In this document: positions 38,400 to 48,099 of the stretch, one piece after another
Numbering within the stretch: the stretch's first letter is position 1
Layout: each line of letters begins with the position of its first letter
Assembly: GCA_045658365.1 (NCBI GenBank)
Contig: JAZOUU010000103.1
Span: forward strand, 15,206 to 79,205
Length of the DNA: 64,000 nucleotides
DNA from: Faecousia sp.
GTDB taxonomy: Bacteria > Bacillota > Clostridia > Oscillospirales > Oscillospiraceae
Reading direction: 5' to 3'
Notes under the pieces: generated by a model
What the model was told of the DNA's origin: nothing
The model's input: the letters and a program-made list of their open reading frames with translations, nothing else
Databases searched by the model: none
Position numbers and translations under genes: made by a program

Positions 38400-39233
38400 A
38401 TGGACTGGAATTGGATTCACAGCCTATTTTACGGCTTGATTTCCGGCTTTACGGAATTCCTGCCCATATCCCCGGATGCCCATCGGCATTTGTTTGCGGA
38501 GCTGACCGGAGTGGGGCAGGGACACCTACCCCACCGGCTTTTCAGCCATATTGGTGGATTGCTGGCGCTGCTGCTTGTCTGCAAGCCTCAGATCGACAAG
38601 CTTCTTAGAGAGCGGCGAATCGCTACATTGCCGGTAAAACGGAGAAAACGCCAGCCGGATGTAAAGAGTTTGGCAGAAATTCGTTTCTTGCGTACGGCCG
38701 GATGGATGCTTCTGCTGTCTATTCCCGGCTTTGTTATGATTTCACGGTTTGGACAGCCTCTTTGGTTGGTAGCGGTGCTGCTTTTGCTGAATGGTGTTAT
38801 TTTGTATGTCCCTCAATTTCTCCCAGGTGGCAATAAAGAGGCCCTGTCCCTTTCTGCGGCAGACAGCCTTTTGACAGGCGTAGCCGGTGCCCTTGGCAGA
38901 TTTCCAGGCATCTCCGGCATTGGCACAGCTATGTCTGCATTAAAGATTCGGGGCGCGGATTGGCAGTGTGCTTTGCAAATGTGCCTGCTGCTTTCGGTCC
39001 CGGCCTTCTTAATTGCTATGGGTTGCGATGTCTATGGTATGGTGCTTGTGGGTGCCGGTATTTCCTTTGGATATATTTTGCACTATTTACTTACGACGTT
39101 AAGCGCTTTTGCCGGCGCTTATTTCGGGATCATTTTCATGCGTTTTTTGGCAGTGAAAGCTGGTTTTTCCGGATTTGCCTATTATTGCTGGGGTATGGCG
39201 TTATTTAGTATTTTCCTATACCTTATGATTTAA
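38400..39233 (+). CDS. uppP: Undecaprenyl-diphosphate phosphatase (divergent)
   Basis: G..SG.TEFLPIS..AH, PGISG.G, multiple TMs, FAYYC. Confidence 0.75.
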   Translation: MDWNWIHSLFYGLISGFTEFLPISPDAHRHLFAELTGVGQGHLPHRLFSHIGGLLALLLVCKPQIDKLLRERRIATLPVKRRKRQPDVKSLAEIRFLRTAGWMLLLSIPGFVMISRFGQPLWLVAVLLLLNGVILYVPQFLPGGNKEALSLSAADSLLTGVAGALGRFPGISGIGTAMSALKIRGADWQCALQMCLLLSVPAFLIAMGCDVYGMVLVGAGISFGYILHYLLTTLSAFAGAYFGIIFMRFLAVKAGFSGFAYYCWGMALFSIFLYLMI

Positions 39234-39249
39234 CAAAGGAGGAACTCCG

Positions 39250-41895
39250 ATGGCAGATAAGAAATCAAAATCCCAGGCGCAAAAGGCGGCAATGGGGAAA
39301 AAACAGAAAAAAGGATCAACTGATAAATCCACGGCTGTGAAGAAAGCAGAAAAGCAGAGAGTATTTCCTGTTCGGCTGATTACATCGCTGGTTTGTCTTG
39401 TGCTGTTTGTTCTGTTTTTAGTCATGTTCCTGCAGCCGGACGGAATTCTGGTTAAATTACTGCAGAACTTTGTATTGGGATTGATTGGCAATGTTTCTTT
39501 TTATGTTGCCATTCCTGCACTGCTGTACTTATTCACCATACAGGCTTTCAGCGGCAAGCGGCCGATCATCCTTCGGAGTGTCTGCCTGATTTGCTTTGTG
39601 CTGCTGTGCGGCTGTATTTCCCAGTTGGGCTTGGATACCGGGGACATGCCTTCCGGCATTACGGTTGTAGGATATTTATATGCAGGCGGCGCAGCCGGTA
39701 CTTCTGCCGGACTTCTCTGCGGCGGTATCGCATTGCTGCTGCGCAGCCTCTGTGGCTCAGTTATTTCTTACATAGCCTTTACTGTGGGCGCTTTGCTTAC
39801 CTTGTTGGCATCCTTCCAGGTGACCATTCCCAGCATTATCCGCGCGGTGCAAAATCGTCCTCGGGCCGACTGGGAGGACGAACCGGAAGAAGTGCAGGAG
39901 CCTGCGGCGGTGGTGGTTAATCACCTGGCCAATAAACGCATTGAATATGTGGAAAACAAGCGGCGCCTGCAAGCAGAACGGGAAGAGCTGGAACTGTTGG
40001 AAGACGAGGAAGAACTGCCCGTTCCTGCGCCGGGAAAAAAGCAAAAGGTAAATTCCAAGGCATCGGATCTCATGAGCCAAATTGACGGCGATGTGGAAAA
40101 GCCGGTGGCTGCAGCAGAAAAGGCTGTGGAAGAAAACGCAGATGTGGATTTGATTTTGAATGCCAAGCCCGATGTGCCAGCCAACACCATTGTGGTAGAA
40201 CCGGTGCAGGCGGAAATGATGCCCTTTGAAAAAGAAATGCCGGAAACGGTTCCCGAAGTTCCTGCGGTCTCCGATGTAAAAAAGGAAAAAGTAACCGCTA
40301 AAGATGCGGAAGAGTCTGCAGCTCAGGTAGCTGCGGAAATCGCAGAAGCGGAAGCGGCCCAAAAGGTGGATTATTGCTTCCCACCCATTGATTTGCTGAA
40401 GCTGCCGCTTCGGGGAAGCCAGGACGGGACTATGGAAATGCGGGAAAATACCCGTCGGCTGAATGAAACTTTGGCAAGCTTCCGAATCGATGCCCATATT
40501 ATCAATGTGACCCGGGGGCCCAGTGTCACCCGTTACGAGGTGGAGCTGGATAAAGGTGTGAAGTTGAGTAAGCTTACCTCCTGCGCCGATGATATCGCTC
40601 TGAGTCTGGGCGCATCCGGTGTCCGTATTGCGGCGGTGCCCGGAAAAATCTCTGTCGTTGGTATTGAGGTGCCCAATCGGGCGGTGACCATGGTTTCACT
40701 CCGTGAGGTCATTGATGCCAATGAGTTTAACATGGCCAAATCCAAGTCCTCCTTTGCGGTGGGTAAGGATATCGGCGGAACCTGCATCGTCGGTAATATC
40801 TCCAGACTGCCTCACATGCTGATTGCCGGCACTACCGGTTCCGGTAAGTCCGTGTGTATGAACTCTATCATTATCAGCCTTTTGTATAAGGCAAGTCCCG
40901 AGGATGTCAAGCTCATCATGGTTGACCCCAAGATGGTGGAGCTTGGTATCTATAACGGTATTCCTCATTTGCTGATTCCAGTTGTGACTGACCCGAAGAA
41001 AGCCGCCGGCTCTCTGCAGTGGGCGGTGACCGAAATGATGCGCCGCTACAAGGCTATGTCTGATGCCGGCGTTCGGGATCTGGAGTCCTATAATGGCATC
41101 GTGGAAGCTGAGGGCGAGGGCAGCAAGCTGCCCCAGATCGTGGTCATTATTGACGAGCTGGCGGATTTGATGCTGGTAGCTGCCAAAGAGGTGGAGGAAT
41201 CCATCTGCCGCATTGCCCAGATGGGCCGTGCTGCGGGAATTCACCTGATCATCGCGACCCAGCGGCCCTCTGCCGATGTCATCACCGGCCTTATGAAGGC
41301 GAATATTCCTTCCCGGATCGCATTTGCCGTGGCATCTGCCATGGAATCACGGATCATTCTGGATACCCAGGGTGCAGAGAAGCTGGTTGGCAAGGGTGAC
41401 ATGCTGTATGCGCCCATTGGCAATGGCAAGCCCCTGCGTGTTCAGGGCTGTTTCGTAAGCGATGCGGAAGTGGAAGCGGTAGCTACCTATGTCAAGCAGA
41501 ATTTCACCACCACCTATGACCAGGAGGTCATGGAGGAAATCGAGCGTAAGGCCATGCAAACCGGCACCAGTAAGCCCACGGCCACTGAGCCGGAGCCCAA
41601 TGCTGAGGAACTGGACGGCGACGAAATGCTGCCTGCGGCGGTGGATGTGATTCTGGAAACGGGACAGGCTTCCGTATCCATGCTCCAGCGTCGGTTGAAG
41701 CTGGGCTATGCCCGGGCGGCGAGAATTGTGGATGAAATGGAAGAAAAGGGAATTGTAGGCCCCTTCCAGGGCAGCAAGCCCCGTTCTATCCTGATCACCA
41801 AGGAGCAGTGGGCGTCCATGCGCTCCGGTCAGAGTGTCCAAATGGGCTTTGACGATATGGAAGAAGACGGCGGTGTCCCGGAAGAAATTGACTAA
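39250..41895 (+). CDS. ftsK: DNA translocase FtsK/SpoIIIE
   Basis: N-terminal TMs, GTTGSGKS, IIDELADLM, ATQRPS, gamma domain LQRRLKLGYARAAR. Confidence 0.95.
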   Translation: MADKKSKSQAQKAAMGKKQKKGSTDKSTAVKKAEKQRVFPVRLITSLVCLVLFVLFLVMFLQPDGILVKLLQNFVLGLIGNVSFYVAIPALLYLFTIQAFSGKRPIILRSVCLICFVLLCGCISQLGLDTGDMPSGITVVGYLYAGGAAGTSAGLLCGGIALLLRSLCGSVISYIAFTVGALLTLLASFQVTIPSIIRAVQNRPRADWEDEPEEVQEPAAVVVNHLANKRIEYVENKRRLQAEREELELLEDEEELPVPAPGKKQKVNSKASDLMSQIDGDVEKPVAAAEKAVEENADVDLILNAKPDVPANTIVVEPVQAEMMPFEKEMPETVPEVPAVSDVKKEKVTAKDAEESAAQVAAEIAEAEAAQKVDYCFPPIDLLKLPLRGSQDGTMEMRENTRRLNETLASFRIDAHIINVTRGPSVTRYEVELDKGVKLSKLTSCADDIALSLGASGVRIAAVPGKISVVGIEVPNRAVTMVSLREVIDANEFNMAKSKSSFAVGKDIGGTCIVGNISRLPHMLIAGTTGSGKSVCMNSIIISLLYKASPEDVKLIMVDPKMVELGIYNGIPHLLIPVVTDPKKAAGSLQWAVTEMMRRYKAMSDAGVRDLESYNGIVEAEGEGSKLPQIVVIIDELADLMLVAAKEVEESICRIAQMGRAAGIHLIIATQRPSADVITGLMKANIPSRIAFAVASAMESRIILDTQGAEKLVGKGDMLYAPIGNGKPLRVQGCFVSDAEVEAVATYVKQNFTTTYDQEVMEEIERKAMQTGTSKPTATEPEPNAEELDGDEMLPAAVDVILETGQASVSMLQRRLKLGYARAARIVDEMEEKGIVGPFQGSKPRSILITKEQWASMRSGQSVQMGFDDMEEDGGVPEEID

Positions 41896-41969
41896 ATCTT
41901 AACAGGGTCACCTGTGTAGATATATTACATCCCATCCGCAGCTGCGGAGGGACAGTAGGAGGTTAATCA

Positions 41970-42536
41970 ATGAATAATCATACGAAGAAAATGGTAGGCA
42001 TTGGTTTGTTTACGGCCATTGTTATGGTGCTGCAGTTTCTTGGTGGCGGCATTAAATTCGGCATATTCTCCATTTCGCTGGTGCTGGTTCCAATAGTTGT
42101 GGGCGCAGCGGTTTACGGTTGGAAAGCCGGCGGATGGTTGGGGTTTGCATTTGGCGCGGCAGTTTTGCTTTCCGGTGACGCGGCAGCCTTTTTGGCAGTT
42201 GACCCCATAGCAACTGTGGCAGTTGTGCTGTTGAAAGGCATTGCGTGCGGTGTGACTGCAGGTTTTCTGTACATATGCCTCAGCAAGGTGAATAGGACCG
42301 TTGGTGTGTTTGCTGCAGCTGTTGTTTGCCCGATAGTAAACACCGGAGTGTTTTTGGTAGGATGCTGGCTGTTTTTTTTGGAAACCGTTGCTCAGTGGGG
42401 AGCGGGACTGGGATTTGCGAACGCTGCCGAGTATATGTTCCTTGGACTGGCGGGAACAAACTTCCTGATTGAACTTGCGGTGAACATTTTGCTTGCGCCG
42501 GTCATTGTTCGTCTGATTAAAATTAAAGCAAAATAA
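41970..42536 (+). CDS. ECF transporter substrate-binding (S) component, PanT-like
   Basis: Highly hydrophobic; L.L.PI.VGA...G...G..LG..FG, NT..F motifs. Confidence 0.8.
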   Translation: MNNHTKKMVGIGLFTAIVMVLQFLGGGIKFGIFSISLVLVPIVVGAAVYGWKAGGWLGFAFGAAVLLSGDAAAFLAVDPIATVAVVLLKGIACGVTAGFLYICLSKVNRTVGVFAAAVVCPIVNTGVFLVGCWLFFLETVAQWGAGLGFANAAEYMFLGLAGTNFLIELAVNILLAPVIVRLIKIKAK

Positions 42537-42547
42537 CACATCATTTC

Positions 42548-42575
42548 CCGGCAGCCTTTTGGCTGCCGGTTTTTT
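42548..42575 (+). terminator. Rho-independent terminator
   Basis: ccggcagcc / ggctgccgg + T-run. Confidence 0.8.
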
Positions 42576-42585
42576 GCGCCCAGAG

Positions 42586-42614
42586 GTATTTATTTTCCTC
42601 CGGGCGCATAGTCT
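42586..42614 (+). promoter_or_regulatory. Sigma-E-like promoter of spoIIIA operon
   Basis: gtATtta ... cATAgtcT upstream of spoIIIAA, a known sigma-E target. Confidence 0.5.
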
Positions 42615-42626
42615 TTTCCAGGAGTG

Positions 42627-43466
42627 ATGCAAATGAAGTGTGCGTGGGATGCGCTGTTATCCGTGCTGCCGGCAAGATTTCGGCAGCAGGTGGACAATCT
42701 GGGACGGGACACTATGCAGGAGCTGCGGCTTCGGGTGGGACAGAGCGTGGAGCTGATTCTTTCCGGTCAGTCCCGGATGCTTGGCATGCAGGCGCAGGAA
42801 GAGGATATCAAATTTGTCGTCAATGCTGCCAGCCATTACTCGCCCTGGGCGGCAGCGACATCGGCAAAAGGGTACATAACCGCTGCCGGTGGTCACCGCA
42901 TCGGTGTGGCTGGGGAATGTGTGATACAGAGTGGACAGGTTACCGGCATCCGCCGGGCGACATCATTGTGTATTCGGGTAGCCAGAGCTTTTCCAAATAT
43001 TGGGGACAAGGCTCCAAAATCCGGTTCGCTTTTGATTCTTGGTCCGCCGGGTGCAGGAAAGACAACCCTCCTGCGTGAATTGATTCGCTGCAGATCAGAA
43101 ACTGGACAGGCGGTTGCGGTGGTTGACGAACGTGGCGAACTTTTTCCGGTGGGAGGCGTGTTTTCACCCGGATCAAGGACGGACGTCCTCACAGGCTGCA
43201 GTAAGGCGGCAGGGGTGGATATGGCACTGAGAACCTTAAGTCCTGGGTGTATCGCGGTGGATGAAATTACCTCGCAAGAGGACTGTCAGGCACTTCTAAG
43301 CGCAGGCTGGTGCGGCGTGGAGCTGCTGGCAACCGCCCATGCAAGAGATGCCAAGGATTTGCTCCGCCGGAAAATTTACCAGCCCCTGGCAGACAGCGGT
43401 TTGTTTGAAACATTGCTGATTTTACAGCCGGACAAGTCCTGGCGTATGGAAAGGATGAGGGTATGA
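42627..43466 (+). CDS. spoIIIAA: Stage III sporulation protein AA
   Basis: ELRLR.G, GYIT..GGHR.G..G, GPPGAGKTT, VDERGE, VDEI, TAH; start uncertain. Confidence 0.9.
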   Translation: MQMKCAWDALLSVLPARFRQQVDNLGRDTMQELRLRVGQSVELILSGQSRMLGMQAQEEDIKFVVNAASHYSPWAAATSAKGYITAAGGHRIGVAGECVIQSGQVTGIRRATSLCIRVARAFPNIGDKAPKSGSLLILGPPGAGKTTLLRELIRCRSETGQAVAVVDERGELFPVGGVFSPGSRTDVLTGCSKAAGVDMALRTLSPGCIAVDEITSQEDCQALLSAGWCGVELLATAHARDAKDLLRRKIYQPLADSGLFETLLILQPDKSWRMERMRV

Positions 43467-43975
43467 ACCTAAAGTGGATGGGCGCGATTTTGATTGTTGC
43501 GGGCTGCGGTGGATTTGGCTTTTTGATGGCGCGAAATATATCCCGGGAGGTTTCTGCACTTAGGCGGCTGATGGGCATACTGGACTATATGAGTTGTGAA
43601 CTGGAGTACCGGCTTACACCGCTGCCGGAAGCCCTTAGAAAGGCCACAGTGTCCCAAGTTGGCTGCGTGGACAGGTCGCTGGTTTTTTTGGCGGAGGAGT
43701 TGGAAAGCCAGGTGGCACCCGATGTCATCAGCTGCATGAAAGCTGCATTGATAAAGTCCCCGGAAATGCCAAAGCGGACCCGGGCTATGCTGGAGGAATT
43801 GGGGATCTCTTTGGGCACTTTTGATTTGCAGGGTCAGCTGAAAGGCTTAGAGGCAGTTCGGCAGAATTGCAGCCGGGAGCTGATGGAATTGGAAGAAAAT
43901 CGCGCCCAGCGAACGAGAAGCTATCAAACATTGGGACTGTGTGCAGGCGCGGCATTGGCGGTACTGTTTATTTAA
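43463..43975 (+). CDS. spoIIIAB: Stage III sporulation protein AB
   Basis: K..GA.LI, ELEY.LTPLPE, LG..D..GQ; operon position. Confidence 0.88.
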   Translation: MNLKWMGAILIVAGCGGFGFLMARNISREVSALRRLMGILDYMSCELEYRLTPLPEALRKATVSQVGCVDRSLVFLAEELESQVAPDVISCMKAALIKSPEMPKRTRAMLEELGISLGTFDLQGQLKGLEAVRQNCSRELMELEENRAQRTRSYQTLGLCAGAALAVLFI

Positions 43976-43978
43976 GCT

Positions 43979-44173
43979 ATGGATATTGATCTGATTTTTA
44001 AAATTGCTGCCATTGGCATTATTGTTTCCATTTTAAATCAGGTGCTTTCCCGCTCTGGGCGGGAAGAACAGGCAACAATGACGACCCTGGCAGGCCTGGT
44101 GGTGGTTTTGATGATGGTCGCGCAGAAAATTTCCGATCTGTTTGATCTGGTCAAAACCCTGTTTCACTTCTGA
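43979..44173 (+). CDS. spoIIIAC: Stage III sporulation protein AC
   Basis: MDIDLIFKIAAIGI...L...GREEQA. Confidence 0.93.
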   Translation: MDIDLIFKIAAIGIIVSILNQVLSRSGREEQATMTTLAGLVVVLMMVAQKISDLFDLVKTLFHF

Positions 44174-44568
44174 TGGTGAGTTTTTGGCAAATCGCAGCGG
44201 GGGTTTTCCTGGTTGTGGTGCTGGGGATCGTGCTGAATAAGCATAATAAGGATCTTTCCATGCTGCTGACTCTGGCTGCCTGCACCATGGTGCTGTGGGT
44301 GGCGGCAAGCTACCTGCAGCCGGTACTGGATTTTGCGGAAAAACTGCAGGAACTGGGGCAGCTGGATTCGGAAATTCTCGGCATCCTTTGGAAGGCCGTC
44401 GGTATTACGCTGATTGCGCAGATCGCGACCCTTGTCTGTCAGGATGCAGGAAACGGCGCCCTCGGAAAGACGGTGCAATTATTGGCTGCTGCGGCGGTGC
44501 TCTGGCTGTCGCTGCCGCTGATGGAATCCCTGCTGGAAACGGTACAAAAGATCGTGGGGGAGATATGA
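44173..44568 (+). CDS. spoIIIAD: Stage III sporulation protein AD
   Basis: K..GI........C.DAG...LG; operon position. Confidence 0.88.
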   Translation: MVSFWQIAAGVFLVVVLGIVLNKHNKDLSMLLTLAACTMVLWVAASYLQPVLDFAEKLQELGQLDSEILGILWKAVGITLIAQIATLVCQDAGNGALGKTVQLLAAAAVLWLSLPLMESLLETVQKIVGEI

Positions 44569-45605
44569 GAAGAGTCCTGTTGTTATTTTGTCTGCTGTCA
44601 ATGCTGGCAATCCCTGTAAAGGCTGTGGAATATACAGCACCGGAGGCACCGGATTCGGCGCTGGAACTGATGCCTGCGGAAAAGGAAAGCTTTGCTGAGG
44701 GCTTATGGCAGGTGATTTTGGCGGCATCCCGGCAGCTTCAACCGAAATTTGCCCAGGCCTGCAAGGCCTGCGTGGCGTTGGTGGCGATCGTGATGCTGGT
44801 ATCGTTGCTACGGGGAATTTCGGAAAAGCCGGGAAAACCCCTGGAGCTGGTTGCGGCATTAGGGATAGCCGGTGTGCTGCTGGGGCGGGCGGATATTTTA
44901 ATTCATTTGGGCACGGAGACCGTAGAATCCCTCAGCCAATACGGAAAGCTGCTGCTGCCGGTGCTGACAGCTGCTTTGGCTGCCCAAGGGGGCGGGACAA
45001 CCTCTGCAGCCCTCTATACCGGAACGGTGATCTTTGACACGTTTTTATCATCTCTGGTGGTGAAGATACTGGTCCCCATGGTATATGGATTTTTAGCTTT
45101 GGCGATTGCCAACAACATGACCTCCGAAGGCGTTTTAGCGAAGTTTCGGGACCTAACCAAGTGGCTGATGACCTGGGTGCTCAAAATCGTACTCTACATA
45201 TTTACAGGCTACATGGCCATCACAGGGGTAGTCAGTGGCACAGCGGATGCCATGGCGATGAAAGCCACCAAGCTGACCATTTCCGGCATGGTGCCGGTGG
45301 TGGGGGGCATTCTGTCCGATGCTTCGGAAGCGGTGATTGTGGGCGCAGGTGTAATGAAAAGTGCGGTGGGTGTATATGGTCTTCTGGCGGTGATCGCCAT
45401 TTGGATTTCTCCGTTTTTGGAGATCGGGATCCAGTATTTGCTCCTAAAGCTGACAGCGGCGCTCTGTGCCACTTTTGGCATCAAGAAAGCATCGGAGCTC
45501 ATTGAGGATTTTTCTTCTGCCATGGGATTTGTGTTGGCTATGACAGCCACGGTTTGCCTTCTGCTGCTTATCAGCGCAGTATGTTTTATGAAAGGGGTCG
45601 GTTAA
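44565..45605 (+). CDS. spoIIIAE: Stage III sporulation protein AE
   Basis: VPVVGG.LSDA, K..VG..G; polytopic membrane protein. Confidence 0.9.
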   Translation: MRRVLLLFCLLSMLAIPVKAVEYTAPEAPDSALELMPAEKESFAEGLWQVILAASRQLQPKFAQACKACVALVAIVMLVSLLRGISEKPGKPLELVAALGIAGVLLGRADILIHLGTETVESLSQYGKLLLPVLTAALAAQGGGTTSAALYTGTVIFDTFLSSLVVKILVPMVYGFLALAIANNMTSEGVLAKFRDLTKWLMTWVLKIVLYIFTGYMAITGVVSGTADAMAMKATKLTISGMVPVVGGILSDASEAVIVGAGVMKSAVGVYGLLAVIAIWISPFLEIGIQYLLLKLTAALCATFGIKKASELIEDFSSAMGFVLAMTATVCLLLLISAVCFMKGVG

Positions 45606-46081
45606 TGAATTCCGTGGGAGCATATATCCTGCGCCTGACAGCGGCGGCGGTGATCTGTGGGTTGATTACCGGGATTGTTGGAACCAAGGGGGCGCTGGCT
45701 TCTGTTGTAAAACTGATGACGGGGCTGTTCTTATGCTTTAGCGTGGTCAGCCCGTTTCTAAAGGTAAATGTAGGAAATTTGACGGGTTATTTGGATGATT
45801 TGCAGGTAAGCGGAGAGGAAATTGTAATGGAGGGGGAGTCGGCTGTAAAGAAGGAACTGGAAGCTATCATAAAATCCAAAACGGAAGCATATATCTTGGA
45901 CAAAGCTGCTTCTTACGGCGCGGAGCTGGCGGTGGAGGTTTCTGTGGATGCTTCGCAGATGCCCGTACCCAATGCCGTAAGAGTGCGCGGCCAAATTTCT
46001 CCCTATGGGAAAAAGCAGTTGCAGCAAATCATCACCAATGATCTGGGGATCGCACTGGAGGCGCAGATATGGACCGAGTAG
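45605..46081 (+). CDS. spoIIIAF: Stage III sporulation protein AF
   Basis: Two N-terminal TMs, E.YILDKA; operon position. Confidence 0.8.
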   Translation: MNSVGAYILRLTAAAVICGLITGIVGTKGALASVVKLMTGLFLCFSVVSPFLKVNVGNLTGYLDDLQVSGEEIVMEGESAVKKELEAIIKSKTEAYILDKAASYGAELAVEVSVDASQMPVPNAVRVRGQISPYGKKQLQQIITNDLGIALEAQIWTE

Positions 46082-46572
46082 CCGTTGGAAAGAAGATTCT
46101 GGAGTTTGGTCAAAAGTACCGGTATGCGCTGTTGGTGCTGCTGATTGGCCTGGGACTTATGCTGCTGCCGGGGCTGGAAAAGAGTGCTGACTCTTCTGAC
46201 AGTCAGCCCGTTCAGCAAGTAAAATCGGAGGATATTTCTCACCGACTGGAGGAAATTCTCAGCCAGATTCAAGGGGCCGGAAAGGTGCAGGTGATGCTGA
46301 CAGTTGCCCAAGGGGAGAGGATAATGTATCAAACGGATGAGGATCTGGCATCGGGGGATAGCGGGACTTCCCGGTGGGATACGGTAATCATTGCCGGCGC
46401 TGACAGAGCTCAGGCGGGACTGATCCAGCAGGTGATCCCACCGGTATACCGGGGGGCGATCATCGTGTGCCAGGGGGCGCAAAATGCAGCTGTCCGGCTG
46501 GCAATTGTGGAGGCGGTGTCCAATATTACAGGTCTGGGAGCAGACAAAATCTCGGTGGTAAAAATGAAATGA
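46069..46572 (+). CDS. spoIIIAG: Stage III sporulation protein AG
   Basis: LEEILSQIQGAGKV.VM.T, P...G..IVCQGA, ISV.KM. Confidence 0.9.
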   Translation: MDRVAVGKKILEFGQKYRYALLVLLIGLGLMLLPGLEKSADSSDSQPVQQVKSEDISHRLEEILSQIQGAGKVQVMLTVAQGERIMYQTDEDLASGDSGTSRWDTVIIAGADRAQAGLIQQVIPPVYRGAIIVCQGAQNAAVRLAIVEAVSNITGLGADKISVVKMK

Positions 46573-46589
46573 TGGGGAGGCATCTTTTT

Positions 46590-47135
46590 ATGAATCAATG
46601 GAAAAAGAATTTGGTGGCGGCGGCGGTGCTGCTGGTGGTGTGCGCGGGTATTTACATGAACTGGATGTACGGAAACAGCGAGAATGTGGCAAATTTGACG
46701 GATACTCTGGATACTCAAAAGGTACTGTCCGAGGATGGCTTGGTACTGGATCAGCTGGACAATGCGGTGAGCGCAGACAATACTACCTCGGATTATTTTG
46801 CTGCGGTAAGACTTTCCCGACAGGAAGCCAGAGACAGCGCAGTGACGCTGCTGCAGGAAGCTATGGCCTATGGGGATGACACAGAGAATGCTCAGTCAAG
46901 CGCCCAACTGGAGCAAATTGTTCAGACCGCCCTGTGCGAGGCACAGATCGAGAGTCTGATCATCGCCAAGGGGTACACGGACTGCGTGGCCTATATGTCC
47001 GATGAGGGGATCTCCGTAGCGGTTGCCACTCCGGAGGGCGGTATGAAGCAGGAGGATGTGGCGGTAATAGCCGACATTGTGATCACCCAGACAGGGCTGG
47101 GAATGGAAAATATTCGCGTTGTAGAGGTTCAGTAG
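46590..47135 (+). CDS. spoIIIAH: Stage III sporulation protein AH
   Basis: DYFA..RL.R...RD, IE.LI.AKGY.DC. Confidence 0.9.
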   Translation: MNQWKKNLVAAAVLLVVCAGIYMNWMYGNSENVANLTDTLDTQKVLSEDGLVLDQLDNAVSADNTTSDYFAAVRLSRQEARDSAVTLLQEAMAYGDDTENAQSSAQLEQIVQTALCEAQIESLIIAKGYTDCVAYMSDEGISVAVATPEGGMKQEDVAVIADIVITQTGLGMENIRVVEVQ

Positions 47136-47136
47136 T

Positions 47137-47168
47137 ATAATGGGCTGCATTGCAGCCCATTATTTTTT
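47137..47168 (+). terminator. Rho-independent terminator
   Basis: ataatgggctgca / tgcagcccattat + T-run. Confidence 0.8.
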
Positions 47169-47265
47169 GCGATACTTTACAGATTGACTTGTATTTGTTT
47201 TTTTGATATACTAAGGAAAAAGTATCATGCCATAATAGGCATGAGATGATTTAGGAGGAGTTACC

Positions 47266-47634
47266 ATGGCTGAGAATAAACAGTATATTAGCCAGATGCA
47301 GGACAATGGCAGCGTTATGATTTCCGAGGATGTGGTGGCCACCATCGTTATGCAGGCAATGAAGGACGTGGAAGGTGTGGTCAGTCTTAGCGCCAAGCCC
47401 GGTGCAGATATTGCAGATATCATCGGCAAGAAGAATTGGGGCAAGGGTGTCCGGATCGAAATTGCCGAGGACAATGCCCTGACCATTGACTGCGATATTC
47501 AAATCGGCTATGGCCAGAGTGTGCTGACGGTTGCACAGGCCGTGCAGACTACGGTGACGAATCAGGTAGAATCCATGACCGGTGTGAAGGTAAGTGCTGT
47601 GAATGTCAATGTTTGCGGCATTCTTCGCCAGTAA
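47266..47634 (+). CDS. Asp23/Gls24 family protein
   Basis: G...IS.DV.A.I, V.GV, KGV, VE.MTG..V..VNV.V. Confidence 0.9.
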   Translation: MAENKQYISQMQDNGSVMISEDVVATIVMQAMKDVEGVVSLSAKPGADIADIIGKKNWGKGVRIEIAEDNALTIDCDIQIGYGQSVLTVAQAVQTTVTNQVESMTGVKVSAVNVNVCGILRQ

Positions 47635-47643
47635 GGAGTAATC

Positions 47644-48099
47644 ATGACAAGATCAAACGCCAGAGAACTGGCGGTGCATTTGATTTATTCCCAATCCTTT
47701 ACCGGAGATGAGCCCGAGATGGTGGTTTCTGCCCGGATGGAGAAGGAATACTACGAAAAGCTCTCCGCGGAGAACGAAGTCTATCAGGAGCGGCCCAGCC
47801 GCGGCCAGCTTGCCTATATTGATGGCGTGGTTTCCGGCGTTGCCAACCGGCTGGAGGATCTGAATGCGCAGATTCAGAATTTCTCCATCGGATGGGATAT
47901 TTCCCGAATCTCCCGGCTAACCAAGGCAATCATGCAGCTGGCAATCTATGAGATCCTTTATGTAGAGGATGTCCCCACCGGTGTTGCCGTATCTGAGGCA
48001 GTGCGTCTTGCGAAGAAATACGACGGTGACGATACCGGCGCCTTTGTCAACGGAATTTTGGGCTCTTTTGCCAGAAGCCTGACACCTGAGGAAGTATAA
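47644..48099 (+). CDS. nusB: Transcription antitermination factor NusB
   Basis: R..ARE.A, W...R, VA..EAV.LAKKY, FVNGILG. Confidence 0.93.
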   Translation: MTRSNARELAVHLIYSQSFTGDEPEMVVSARMEKEYYEKLSAENEVYQERPSRGQLAYIDGVVSGVANRLEDLNAQIQNFSIGWDISRISRLTKAIMQLAIYEILYVEDVPTGVAVSEAVRLAKKYDGDDTGAFVNGILGSFARSLTPEEV

